Positions 7,844 through 16,552 of a stretch of 36,596 nt of DNA are shown here, in pieces; positions within the stretch are counted from its first letter, which is position 1, and each line of letters begins with the position of its first letter. The notes below the pieces were generated by a model that had not been told where the DNA came from, searched no databases, and saw only the letters and a program-made list of their open reading frames with translations. The stretch comes from a virus: the IMG/VR virus record IMGVR_UViG_3300045988_163835. The stretch is one strand, 5' to 3'. The translations under genes were made by a program, and so were the position numbers.

Positions 7844-8378
7844 CTAGTTGTCTAGATATAGATGATAATATCTTTGTAGCTTCGGGATTTTCAATTTTAA
7901 CTGTTTCTGTAAACATTCCTAAATATTTACCTAATAATTCTAGTGCCTTAACTTTATCATAAGTTTCAACACCTATTCCATTTTTTGTTCTTTTATACCC
8001 TGCTATCACCTTTTTATCGATTTCTTCTAAATCATCTGTATAAGCAAATTCAATATCTTCGTATTCTATCTTTTTTCCATCTTTTGATTCAACTGTCTTT
8101 TTTACCAATTTCGCTATTTTTGTTCTATCAGTAAATGCTATAGCGGCCAACTCTTTTACTACCATGTCTATATTTACAATTGCTTTTTCTTCTACTTTTA
8201 ATCGTAGTTCTTCAATATACTTTTTTATGTTAGCATTTGTTAGCATTCTACTGGCATTAGTTCTAGCAGTTTCCTCTTTTTTGCAGGTCTTGTATACTTT
8301 CATATATGCTTGAGTAGCATTCATACCTAATTTTAAATACTCTTGGCAAAACTTCTTTTGATTATTTGTTAAATTCAT
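7827..8378 (-). CDS. terS: Terminase small subunit (Terminase_2-like)
   Basis: N-terminal NNQKKFCQEYLKLGMNATQAYMKVY HTH-like motif. Start moved to ATG 8378 (AGGTGA RBS). Confidence 0.8.
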   Translation of the reverse strand: MNLTNNQKKFCQEYLKLGMNATQAYMKVYKTCKKEETARTNASRMLTNANIKKYIEELRLKVEEKAIVNIDMVVKELAAIAFTDRTKIAKLVKKTVESKDGKKIEYEDIEFAYTDDLEEIDKKVIAGYKRTKNGIGVETYDKVKALELLGKYLGMFTETVKIENPEATKILSSISRQLGGKSE

Positions 8379-8744
8379 TCTTATCACCTGCATTTCTTTT
8401 TTTAATAAAAAAAGACACTAATGTGTCAATCTGATTACATACTAAATGAAAAAGATAAATATCATTTAATAGAGTAAAGGAGATATGTAATCTCGTATTA
8501 GTAAGCACTATACTAATGATATATACAAGTTTTGCACTTGTACCATTGAGCCGTTTTCAATTTCTACGCTAATCCAAAAAATTTGTACTTCATTTTCTAT
8601 TATTGACTAGTTTTATTCCTCAATATCTGCTACTTAAATTAATACATCATCAGTATACTACCTACTAATAGGTAGTGTACCAGGGGTTAGTTATGTGTGT
8701 GACTTTATATATTATCACAATAACATCATAAACCTAGTTTTGTC
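8379..8744 (-). promoter_or_regulatory. 366-nt non-coding region upstream of terS (candidate late promoter and/or pac region)
   Basis: No ORF. Hairpins at 8414-8427 (followed by T7 on the minus strand), 8497-8517, 8524-8542 and 8653-8680. A tandem 10-mer lies at 8739-8758. Confidence 0.4.
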
Positions 8745-9179
8745 TCATTTTGTCTCATAATTATTTTTATATAGGTTTTCTTTCATCTCCGATATAAATC
8801 TATAGACTTGAGGCCTGCTATACCCTACTAAACGATAAAACTTATACACAGATCTATGTTCTATCCATCTATAGATGTATATTTTGTCATATACATCCCC
8901 TTCTTCTTTCATTTTGATTAACTTCTTCTTAAGCTCATAATTTAGCATATCTCGCGTGTTTCTACTTTGGTTGATCAATTTATCTACTTCATCTATTTCG
9001 CTTGTGTAGTTAATTAAATTAGTGTCTGGTGAAGTATTTATGGTTACCATAACTTCTTTAGGCTTAACCGCTCCTGGCATTACAGATAATATTAATTCAC
9101 TTTTCTTTTCTAATGCTTCGTTATAGTTTCTCTCTGCTTTCTTAAATTGCTTCAGCAATTCGTTATATTCTATATACAT
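8745..9179 (-). CDS. Putative late-gene activator (ArpU/RinA-like, C-terminal region-4-like HTH)
   Basis: 144 aa and the last gene before the terminase. The C-terminus YRWIEHRSVYKFYRLVGYSRPQVYRFISEMK looks like a sigma region-4-type HTH. Position is typical of ArpU/RinA. Confidence 0.5.
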   Translation of the reverse strand: MYIEYNELLKQFKKAERNYNEALEKKSELILSVMPGAVKPKEVMVTINTSPDTNLINYTSEIDEVDKLINQSRNTRDMLNYELKKKLIKMKEEGDVYDKIYIYRWIEHRSVYKFYRLVGYSRPQVYRFISEMKENLYKNNYETK

Positions 9180-9181
9180 TA

Positions 9182-9565
9182 CTACACCCCTTTTATTATT
9201 TTTTGCATTTCATCTTCAGTGTATTGTTTGTTAACATATTTTTTTCCTAGTGTTTTTTCTTTTTTATATACTTCTGCTAATAAAAATTGTCTATTGTCCT
9301 TAGAAATTATTTTATTTTTATGCTCATTGTATTTTGAAAGCAATTCCATATCATTTTTTATTTTTCTTCTTTCTTGTCTCAAAGACTTAATTTCTTTTAG
9401 CATTCTATAACACCAAAGAACATTTATTTTATTGTTTTCTATATAATGAAGTAGATCTTGTGTCTTACTATCAACTACACTCAATTTATCACATAATGAA
9501 TTATTATAATCATCTATTTTATCTAATTTTGCTACTATTTCTTTTATCTCTTCTACTACATTCAT
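9182..9565 (-). CDS. Hypothetical protein (127 aa, coiled-coil)
   Basis: ORF with an AAAGGGGA RBS, tightly packed in the operon. Confidence 0.6.
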   Translation of the reverse strand: MNVVEEIKEIVAKLDKIDDYNNSLCDKLSVVDSKTQDLLHYIENNKINVLWCYRMLKEIKSLRQERRKIKNDMELLSKYNEHKNKIISKDNRQFLLAEVYKKEKTLGKKYVNKQYTEDEMQKIIKGV

Positions 9566-9604
9566 TTACTTCCCCTTTCCATAACCTTATTCCCCCTGAT
9601 ATTG

Positions 9605-9844
9605 TTAATCATTTCTAATCATATTTCTTTTTAATAAGCATACAGCTTGTTTTAATTCACAATCATGAGTTAATTGTTTATAATATTTTTCACTAGTTTC
9701 TACTATTCCTATTATCTTTACTAGATCATAATCATTTTTATTTTCTATTATTGCATAATCTCCTACAGATGGTTTTAATTGCATATGAGATATATCCCAG
9801 TAAAAAATAGCACCATTGTTTAATTTTCCTAATATTAACTTCAT
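9605..9844 (-). CDS. Hypothetical protein (79 aa)
   Basis: ORF whose start overlaps the upstream stop (TAATG). Confidence 0.6.
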   Translation of the reverse strand: MKLILGKLNNGAIFYWDISHMQLKPSVGDYAIIENKNDYDLVKIIGIVETSEKYYKQLTHDCELKQAVCLLKRNMIRND

Positions 9845-10005
9845 TATTTATCACCTTCCTCATTTATCAATTCTTCATCTATATCTCTTATTTGTTTAGC
9901 AAAATATTTGGTATAGAAATTATCTCCAAATTGTTTAGCAAGTTTATATCTTTCTAGAAAAGATTTCTTAATTTTTATCAACTCTCTTCTTCTATGTGGC
10001 TCCAT
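9844..10005 (-). CDS. Hypothetical protein (53 aa)
   Basis: Hand-translated MEPHRRRELIKIKKSF...EEGDK. TAATG overlaps at both ends. Confidence 0.45.
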   Translation of the reverse strand: MEPHRRRELIKIKKSFLERYKLAKQFGDNFYTKYFAKQIRDIDEELINEEGDK

Positions 10006-10397
10006 TATTTCTTACCTTCTTTAACTAAATCATTGTACTCATCATTAATTACTGCTTTGAAATAATGGTCACAATATGTGCTATCAAATTCATCAGTACA
10101 ATGTGCTATAAACAAATCTTTATACTTTTCTTCCCATTCTTTAGCACCACAATAAACATAATTGCTTTCTTCATCTTCGTAACCCAAACCACAATCTCCA
10201 CATCTTGTATGAATATAAATTACATCTTGCCCAACAAACGAATCATATAAAGATGTTTGTTCATAACTATCATTTCCATATTTTTCAACTAATCTCATAA
10301 GTTCATATCCCCTGCAACGAGGTATTTCACCATAGTTTTTTTCAATATAATTACTTATCTTTTCATCATAAGTATTTACAAATGCTTTTAAATCCAT
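10005..10397 (-). CDS. Hypothetical Cys/His-rich protein (130 aa)
   Basis: Start moved to MDLKAF (TAATG overlap with the upstream 57-aa ORF). Contains CGDCG ... C ... HC ... CDH residues. Confidence 0.6.
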   Translation of the reverse strand: MDLKAFVNTYDEKISNYIEKNYGEIPRCRGYELMRLVEKYGNDSYEQTSLYDSFVGQDVIYIHTRCGDCGLGYEDEESNYVYCGAKEWEEKYKDLFIAHCTDEFDSTYCDHYFKAVINDEYNDLVKEGKK

Positions 10398-10570
10398 TAT
10401 CTTCTTCTTCCTTTCATTTTTTCTTCTTGATATATCTCTAGCACCCACTTCAAGTTAAGCAATGCACTTTTCGTTGTTTCACTTGCTGGTAAACTTAAAT
10501 AATAATATATCTTCAATAATACCTTTTCTTCAAAATTGAAACCATCGTAATTAATATTTATATCTTTCAT
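10397..10570 (-). CDS. Hypothetical protein (57 aa)
   Basis: Hand-translated MKDININYDGFNFEEK...KGRRR. GGAGGA RBS. Confidence 0.5.
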   Translation of the reverse strand: MKDININYDGFNFEEKVLLKIYYYLSLPASETTKSALLNLKWVLEIYQEEKMKGRRR

Positions 10571-10578
10571 AATTCCTC

Positions 10579-10866
10579 CTATTTTTCTGGCATTTGATAT
10601 ACAATACTTGTTGTACCTGCTAATTGATTATTGTTAGTTGCTTTTAATCCCGCATATAACATATTTTGTATTTCAGTTAATACTTCTAATGCTCTTTCTT
10701 TTGTTTCATATCTTCCTAGTCCTCCACTTGGTCTATAATAAGTGCCAGGGATTTCTTTACCTTTTTCTACATAATAACAAATATAATTTCCAACACTGAC
10801 ATATAAATTATCAACTTTAACAATACTACTTTTATCTTGACTTCTAATCCATAACTCCATTTTCAT
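10579..10866 (-). CDS. Hypothetical protein (95 aa)
   Basis: ORF in the early operon. Confidence 0.6.
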   Translation of the reverse strand: MKMELWIRSQDKSSIVKVDNLYVSVGNYICYYVEKGKEIPGTYYRPSGGLGRYETKERALEVLTEIQNMLYAGLKATNNNQLAGTTSIVYQMPEK

Positions 10867-10875
10867 CAGTCCTTT

Positions 10876-11130
10876 CTATTTCCAATCCAATTCATTTATC
10901 TGTTGGTTTATTGCTTGTAATTCTTCTAATGTCCCATATTTAAAGTGAGTATTGCCTTGACAACTTTTTCTAGTAAGTCTAAATCTTTTATTTTTCTTAT
11001 CAAAATCTATCATTTCTCCGCCATAATATAGTTTATCTTTATCAAAATAGTTAGCATATCTTAAATATGATTTACTATCTTCAATCAATTCATAACCTAG
11101 TTCTTCAAATAATTCTCTAGCACTTTTCAT
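10876..11130 (-). CDS. Hypothetical protein (84 aa), paralogue of 13799..14005
   Basis: Shares the N-terminal FEELGY-L-E motif and the C-terminal AINQQ-ELxW motif with the other copy. Confidence 0.6.
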   Translation of the reverse strand: MKSARELFEELGYELIEDSKSYLRYANYFDKDKLYYGGEMIDFDKKNKRFRLTRKSCQGNTHFKYGTLEELQAINQQINELDWK

Positions 11131-11143
11131 ATTTTAATCCTCC

Positions 11144-11335
11144 TTATTCAACATAATCATCATAAATTTTTACAACACAATCTATTTTTTCATCTTTTTC
11201 TTTGTAAATATTAATAGTAGTTTTGTCTGTATCAATAATCAATGAATGATAAATTTTTAATAATTCTTCAAGAGTGTTTATTTCTTTGACTTCTATATAA
11301 TCCCAATCACTTGCTTTTTTTATTACTGCTTTCAT
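11144..11335 (-). CDS. Hypothetical protein (63 aa)
   Basis: ORF in the early operon. Confidence 0.55.
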   Translation of the reverse strand: MKAVIKKASDWDYIEVKEINTLEELLKIYHSLIIDTDKTTINIYKEKDEKIDCVVKIYDDYVE

Positions 11336-11709
11336 TACTTTTCTCCTTTTAATTTATTTACTTCATCAATTAATTCATTGATTCTATCAGCAAACATTAA
11401 ATCACTCTTCGAATAACTTAATTTTTCACCTTTATCATTTGCTACATATTCTGTATTGATGTCATCAATTAAAATCTTTATTTTTTCTATCTTTTTATTT
11501 TCTTCTATTATTTCTACTTCATTATTTATAAAAAAACCTGTCTCCTTTTTAAATAACTCTTGAAATAGATAAATATATTCTTCATCAATATCATTTCTGT
11601 AATAATCTTTTGCAACTTTATCATATTCCCAAACATAACCTTCATATTTTATCTTTTTTGGCATTCTTTCGCCTTGCGATATTTTTACCAGTAAATCTAT
11701 TATTTTCAT
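11335..11709 (-). CDS. Hypothetical protein (124 aa)
   Basis: ORF with overlapping start and stop. Confidence 0.6.
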   Translation of the reverse strand: MKIIDLLVKISQGERMPKKIKYEGYVWEYDKVAKDYYRNDIDEEYIYLFQELFKKETGFFINNEVEIIEENKKIEKIKILIDDINTEYVANDKGEKLSYSKSDLMFADRINELIDEVNKLKGEK

Positions 11710-11903
11710 TTTTCATCAAATCTCCATTCTACATAACTTTTTAAATACCTTATTGTTATTGTTATTTTATGACTATTAATTTCTAGTATAGTCCATTCTA
11801 TTTGCCCTATATAATGAGTAGTTCCTTTTGTGTTTGATAATATGTCATCTATTATTGAGCCAATTGCTAAATAATTTAAACTAGTATTATTTATTATTTT
11901 CAT
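11706..11903 (-). CDS. Hypothetical protein (65 aa)
   Basis: ORF in the early operon. Confidence 0.55.
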   Translation of the reverse strand: MKIINNTSLNYLAIGSIIDDILSNTKGTTHYIGQIEWTILEINSHKITITIRYLKSYVEWRFDEK

Positions 11904-11913
11904 AATTATTCTC

Positions 11914-12381
11914 CTATTCTATATTATCAATTAATTCAATTACTTTTTTCTTGCTAAGATTTCCTTTTGTATTATCTATTACTTTTTTTATTTTCTCTTT
12001 AAACTCTGGAATAACAAAATCTTTTGTGTTTTCAATTTTGTCAATAGCAATTTTTTCTCTGATTAAACAATTATTTTTTTCTTCATTAAGTTGAGCGATT
12101 TCTTTATTCTTTTCTGTTATTTTCTGTTCTAATCTAACATTTTTATCTTTTTCTCTTAAAACCCTAGCATTAAATTCTTCTAATGTAATCAGAGTGGCAT
12201 TATATTTAATTTCAATTTTTTTAAGTTCATCTATTTCTGATTCTAATTTATCGATAGTTTGTTCTTTTGTTTTTATTTCTTCAAAATCCTTAACAAGATA
12301 TTCTTTTAAGTCTCTAACTTTGATTGCTTGAATTTCATTTTCTTTAACAACTAAATTATTTTTTTTACTAAACAATTTCAT
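11914..12381 (-). CDS. Hypothetical coiled-coil protein (155 aa)
   Basis: ORF with Lys/Glu-rich heptad-like sequence. Confidence 0.6.
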   Translation of the reverse strand: MKLFSKKNNLVVKENEIQAIKVRDLKEYLVKDFEEIKTKEQTIDKLESEIDELKKIEIKYNATLITLEEFNARVLREKDKNVRLEQKITEKNKEIAQLNEEKNNCLIREKIAIDKIENTKDFVIPEFKEKIKKVIDNTKGNLSKKKVIELIDNIE

Positions 12382-12391
12382 TTTTTACCTC

Positions 12392-12628
12392 CTACTTTTC
12401 AATTCTGTATGTATTCTCAATAGTGATTAAATATCTTGGAATGTGGTCTATTGTTTGTTGTTCACTACATATTCTTATACTTTTCATTAATTCTGCTATA
12501 TAATTTTCTTTTTTTTCAGATAACTTTCTATAAAATTTATTAACTTCATCATGAATTAACTCATCAACTTCATTACTAACAATTTGTTCTAACTGTTTCT
12601 TCATGATTGTTTCAAAATCTATATTCAT
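12392..12628 (-). CDS. Hypothetical protein (78 aa)
   Basis: ORF in the early operon. Confidence 0.55.
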   Translation of the reverse strand: MNIDFETIMKKQLEQIVSNEVDELIHDEVNKFYRKLSEKKENYIAELMKSIRICSEQQTIDHIPRYLITIENTYRIEK

Positions 12629-13032
12629 TATTTATCATCTCCTATTATTTTTCTATATTTTTGTAAAATTTCTTTATATACTTTCATCTCTTTGTTGGAA
12701 TTGAACAGTAAATCAGAAACTGCTTCGCAACTATGTATTTCATCTTCTAAATAATTTATAAACTCTTTTTGTTGAGCAATTAAGCCACAGTAACTAAGCA
12801 TTACTTGTTCTATGTTTACAAAACCACATTTTTCTATCATTTTATTTATTTCTTCAAGTTGTTTCTTTAATTCCTTATTTTCTTTTAATAAACCATCTAA
12901 ATCAAGACATCTATATCCTTTACAATAAGGCTGTCCACAATTACATTTAACAACTCTGTATCGTTTTTCAAATTCTTCTTCTGTTATTTTATCTATCTCA
13001 CATCTTTGTTTTATAAATTCTTCTCTAGTCAT
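12628..13032 (-). CDS. Hypothetical protein (134 aa) with a CNCGQPYCKGYRC Cys cluster
   Basis: ORF with a Cys cluster followed by coiled-coil. Confidence 0.6.
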   Translation of the reverse strand: MTREEFIKQRCEIDKITEEEFEKRYRVVKCNCGQPYCKGYRCLDLDGLLKENKELKKQLEEINKMIEKCGFVNIEQVMLSYCGLIAQQKEFINYLEDEIHSCEAVSDLLFNSNKEMKVYKEILQKYRKIIGDDK

Positions 13033-13299
13033 TTACTCATCACTTCCTTGTAATTCTTGCATTTTATCTAAAATATCTCCTGCAACTTCACATTCGACAC
13101 TCTCGTTATCATAAGAATACCATTCAATACCAATATATTCTCTTAATTTATTCCAATTATCCTTTAGTTGTTTATTTTCTTGTTGCAACTCTTCTATGTA
13201 CGATACTAATAATTTGCTTTCTGTAGGTGTTAGCAAATAGTCGAACATACCGATACAGCCCTCTAAATTAGCAATTATTGTATTTATTTCTTTATTCAT
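13033..13299 (-). CDS. Hypothetical protein (88 aa)
   Basis: ORF in the early operon. Confidence 0.55.
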   Translation of the reverse strand: MNKEINTIIANLEGCIGMFDYLLTPTESKLLVSYIEELQQENKQLKDNWNKLREYIGIEWYSYDNESVECEVAGDILDKMQELQGSDE

Positions 13300-13706
13300 T
13301 CTGACACCTCGTTTAATATATCTTTTAAATCTTTTATTAAAGATGTTTTAAATTCATAATCTATACTTGATTTAACTTGGTTTTCTTCCCATTTTTTCAT
13401 TAATGGAAAACTAAATACTTTAAATACATCATAGTTATCTATATAATTATTTAATTTATCAATTACTTCTTTTTGCTTTTTGTTTTCGTACCTTTTATTC
13501 AACAGTTCTCTAAAAATTGTGTTATTTAGATTGTGCAGGTGTTGATTATATTCTTTTTGCTTTTTACATTGTTGTTCTAAAGACTCATTATCTTTTAATA
13601 TGAACTCCATTGCTTCAATTTCTTGTTTATTTATTGTTGTTTCATTATTTGTTTTATAATGTCCAATTAAATAAGCAAATGTTCTTAATGCTAATTCTTT
13701 ATTCAT
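13296..13706 (-). CDS. Hypothetical protein (136 aa)
   Basis: ORF with an AAGGAG RBS. Confidence 0.6.
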   Translation of the reverse strand: MNKELALRTFAYLIGHYKTNNETTINKQEIEAMEFILKDNESLEQQCKKQKEYNQHLHNLNNTIFRELLNKRYENKKQKEVIDKLNNYIDNYDVFKVFSFPLMKKWEENQVKSSIDYEFKTSLIKDLKDILNEVSE

Positions 13707-13711
13707 TATTC

Positions 13712-13798
13712 TTATTTCTCCTTTATCATCATAATTAATCCTATAATTGCTCCTATACCAATAACCCCCATTATAATTAATGGTATATATAAAATCAT
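13712..13798 (-). CDS. 28-aa hydrophobic peptide
   Basis: Hand-translated MILYIPLIIMGVIGIGAIIGLIMMIKEK. AAGGAGGG RBS 5 nt upstream. Confidence 0.35.
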   Translation of the reverse strand: MILYIPLIIMGVIGIGAIIGLIMMIKEK

Positions 13799-14005
13799 TT
13801 AGCCCTCCTTATTCCAACCTAATTCTTCTACTTGTTTGTTTATTGCTTTTAATATATCTAAAGTAAATTCATTGACTATTTCTATTGTTTCACTATTATA
13901 AAACCATATATAAATATTATTTTCTTCATTGTAGTAGTACATCATATATGGTGTAGTTTCGACTAAATCATACCCTAATTCTTCAAACATATCCTTAGCA
14001 GTCAT
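13799..14005 (-). CDS. Hypothetical protein (68 aa), paralogue of 10876..11130
   Basis: Start moved to MTAKDMFEELGY (ATG 14005), which removes most of the overlap with the upstream ORF. Confidence 0.55.
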   Translation of the reverse strand: MTAKDMFEELGYDLVETTPYMMYYYNEENNIYIWFYNSETIEIVNEFTLDILKAINKQVEELGWNKEG

Positions 14006-14282
14006 TATCAATATTGCCCCTTTCTTTTGTCTTTTTAATAAAATCATCTGTATTAGTTATAAAATAATATTTTCCTATCAGAAAGAACAATCTTATTAAA
14101 GGTATAAAAGATAATAATAAATAATCTATCATAGTTTTTATATTTCCGTGTATTTTTGAATTATCATTCATCTCTTTTCTAAATTTATCTCTAGCTTTTA
14201 TAAATTGTTTTCTCATCAATATTCCACTTGCCATATAAACAATGAAATATATTGACACTGTACTTAAATAAAACTTAAGCAT
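13995..14282 (-). CDS. Membrane protein (95 aa, 2 predicted TM segments)
   Basis: Hydrophobic stretches LSTVSIYFIVYMASGIL and LLLSFIPLIRLFFLIG. Confidence 0.55.
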   Translation of the reverse strand: MLKFYLSTVSIYFIVYMASGILMRKQFIKARDKFRKEMNDNSKIHGNIKTMIDYLLLSFIPLIRLFFLIGKYYFITNTDDFIKKTKERGNIDNDC

Positions 14283-14464
14283 TATTTATCACCCTTTCTG
14301 TCTAAATCTATAACATCATCTATTGTTGCATCCCAGATAACTTCTACGCTATCATTAATAAACTTTACATTTAAATATTGGCGATTAAATAATTCGCTAT
14401 ACCCATATGTGATACATTTTACCTTGCTTTTCATAAATAAATTATCTTTAATTTTTAGCATCAT
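14282..14464 (-). CDS. Hypothetical protein (60 aa)
   Basis: ORF in the early operon. Confidence 0.5.
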   Translation of the reverse strand: MMLKIKDNLFMKSKVKCITYGYSELFNRQYLNVKFINDSVEVIWDATIDDVIDLDRKGDK

Positions 14465-14473
14465 TCTTCCTCC

Positions 14474-14707
14474 TTACCACTTATAAGTCCACATCAAGTA
14501 AAGAACTAATATGCTTGCTATAGCCATTCCTAAAAAGAATATTGTTATTAGAAATACGCACACATTTTCACACTTTGCTTTTCTTTGTGCTTGTCTATAT
14601 TGTATTTCTTCTTTAGTTAATCTTTTTTTAGGTATTCTTTTTTTAATTTTTGGAAACTTTTTTTGTAATTTTTTTATTTCTTTTTCAGTTAATTCATTTG
14701 GTTTCAT
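14474..14707 (-). CDS. Tail-anchored membrane protein (77 aa; basic N-terminus, C-terminal TM)
   Basis: Lys/Arg-rich N-terminal half, then VCVFLITIFFLGMAIASILVLYLMW. Confidence 0.55.
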   Translation of the reverse strand: MKPNELTEKEIKKLQKKFPKIKKRIPKKRLTKEEIQYRQAQRKAKCENVCVFLITIFFLGMAIASILVLYLMWTYKW

Positions 14708-14943
14708 AATTTTCTAATCCTCTCTGGTCTACTATTTTTATCCATAGATCCATTTCCTAAAGTACAACCATACTTTTTTATTTGGTAGTTTTCTATAGCT
14801 ACAACTAGCTTGTCCAAATGCTTAAAATCACCATGTAATTTTTTAAACTTTGCTCTAAACATACTTGAATTAATCATTGATTTATCTTTATAGAGATTGA
14901 AGTAAAATTGTAATTTGAACTCACTCTCGTTCATCTTCTCCAT
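14704..14943 (-). CDS. Hypothetical protein (79 aa)
   Basis: ORF in the early operon. Confidence 0.5.
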   Translation of the reverse strand: MEKMNESEFKLQFYFNLYKDKSMINSSMFRAKFKKLHGDFKHLDKLVVAIENYQIKKYGCTLGNGSMDKNSRPERIRKL

Positions 14944-15442
14944 CCCCTTTATTCTCTAGTTTTTCTTTTTCCGTATCCAATGCATCCGATAATTTTTTTA
15001 TCTCTAGTATTGCATAATCATATCTAGCATCATTCATTTTAGATATTACATTTATTCTATGTGGCAAGTATGATTCAACTAGTTCTAATATTTTATTTCT
15101 GCTTTCAAGGAAGGTATTTCTCTGTTCCATCTTGTCATATTTTCTTTGAAGTATTTTTAGTCTTTCCTCTGCAAAGTTTTTATCTCTTTTTAGTCTTTCT
15201 ATTTCTTTTTTATTTCCTGCTAACTCTTGAGCAGTTCCAATATCTAATATTTCCCCTTTCATTTTTTCCTCCTCTATTTTCACTACACAATAACCATTTT
15301 TACTTCTTTTTCTGTGTGTTGGTGTTGTATAAAATGCTATTGTTTCAACTCTTACTTTTAGTAGTTCTGCTAATTCTTTTTTTGTTCCGATTCCAACAAG
15401 CTTTTCTCCTTTGTATAAAGCATACTGACTATTTCTTTTCAT
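14921..15442 (-). CDS. Hypothetical protein (173 aa; possible N-terminal HTH plus coiled-coil)
   Basis: ORF with a GTKKELAELLKVRVETIAFY HTH-like segment. Confidence 0.6.
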   Translation of the reverse strand: MKRNSQYALYKGEKLVGIGTKKELAELLKVRVETIAFYTTPTHRKRSKNGYCVVKIEEEKMKGEILDIGTAQELAGNKKEIERLKRDKNFAEERLKILQRKYDKMEQRNTFLESRNKILELVESYLPHRINVISKMNDARYDYAILEIKKLSDALDTEKEKLENKGDGEDERE

Positions 15443-15575
15443 ACAATAGTTCCTCTAATTTTTCCATCGTTTCCTTTAAATCTAAAAGTTGAGGAGCAGT
15501 TTTAATTTGTTTGCCATTTTTTAGCATTGATAAATATTTTAATGCTTTTTTTATAATAACACTGTAATCTCTCAT
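15429..15575 (-). CDS. Hypothetical protein (48 aa)
   Basis: Hand-translated MRDYSVIIKKALKYL...LLYEKK. AAGGAG RBS. Confidence 0.45.
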   Translation of the reverse strand: MRDYSVIIKKALKYLSMLKNGKQIKTAPQLLDLKETMEKLEELLYEKK

Positions 15576-15580
15576 TAACA

Positions 15581-16033
15581 CTACTCCTTAATCAATCTCT
15601 TTAATTCAATATCATCTTTAGTTTTTATTCCTAAATTTTTAGCTTCTTGTACTACACCATTTAAGAGAATACTCATTTCTTTGGTGTCATACTCACTACT
15701 GCCTTTGTAAATTTTATAATGGTTAAACTCTTTACCATTTAAGATGCTAGTTCCAGCCAATTTATAATATTTAAAGTAACCTTTAACATCTATTTCAGAT
15801 AGTATACTTACCATTTCAGATTGACCATAATCTATTAGCATCTGTAGATATACTTCTTCTTTTGACTTGTTAAGCACATTTCCTATTTCAGTTACTAATT
15901 TCCAAAGACAAGCATTTGCATTTAAGCTTCTCTTTTCTCTATGCTTATCTATTTTTACATCGTAGACAGTATCTTTATCTAATTTAAATATTAGTGGTAA
16001 GAACTTTTCTATCTTTCCAGTATCATCTATCAT
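15581..16033 (-). CDS. NinB/Orf-like recombination mediator
   Basis: 150 aa. EKRSLNANACLWKL resembles the RSLxQNxxxW motif of lambda NinB. It lies next to the SSB/RecT module. Confidence 0.5.
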   Translation of the reverse strand: MIDDTGKIEKFLPLIFKLDKDTVYDVKIDKHREKRSLNANACLWKLVTEIGNVLNKSKEEVYLQMLIDYGQSEMVSILSEIDVKGYFKYYKLAGTSILNGKEFNHYKIYKGSSEYDTKEMSILLNGVVQEAKNLGIKTKDDIELKRLIKE

Positions 16034-16547
16034 AAAAGGCCTCTTTCATACATTTTGCTAATTCTTTTTGCCCACAACTATTTAAATATCTTTTTAAAAA
16101 CGTGAAACGTTCTTCATCCATCTTCATTGTTCCATCGGTTATTGCATAAACAAGGTTACATATTAAGCTTCTTGGATCATTATAAAATAGCAATCTCATA
16201 TCAGTTATATTATTTTCTTTACCATCAACAATATTATTCCAATATACTTTTGTATGATTTTCATCTCTTTCTTTATTTAATTCTGATATAGGTCTGTTGC
16301 ATTTAAAACTTCTGCATATTTTCGGCCTGACATTATATATTTTGCATTCTTTTTTTTCTCTATCATAAAAACAACATTGTAAATTTATATTATTTTCATT
16401 TTGAAAGAATTCTGGTGCAATTTGATTTTCTATGATATAATTTCTTATTTGATTTTCTTCTTTTCTAGTAAGTGGTATCATAGCCGAGCAACAATTCCCA
16501 CATCTGCTGCAATTACCACATTTATCACAATAATTTTTCATTTTCAT
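16023..16547 (-). CDS. YkgJ-type cysteine-cluster (CxxCxxCC) protein
   Basis: N-terminal CDKCGNCSRCGNCC motif plus downstream CC and CxxxxxxC motifs. Confidence 0.6.
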   Translation of the reverse strand: MKMKNYCDKCGNCSRCGNCCSAMIPLTRKEENQIRNYIIENQIAPEFFQNENNINLQCCFYDREKKECKIYNVRPKICRSFKCNRPISELNKERDENHTKVYWNNIVDGKENNITDMRLLFYNDPRSLICNLVYAITDGTMKMDEERFTFLKRYLNSCGQKELAKCMKEAFYDR

Positions 16548-16552
16548 TTCTC

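Noticed and set aside
8407-8427. Hairpin plus T7 just upstream of terS as a confident terminator
   Set aside because: The stem is only 5 bp (gacac/gtgtc) with a 4-nt loop, which is too weak to call on its own. It is reported only as part of the regulatory-region finding.
9147-15492. Plus-strand track ORFs in the early region (9147..9410, 10065..10250, 14511..14717, 15061..15492)
   Set aside because: They are antisense shadows of tightly packed minus-strand genes with hydrophobic low-complexity translations and no RBS or promoter.
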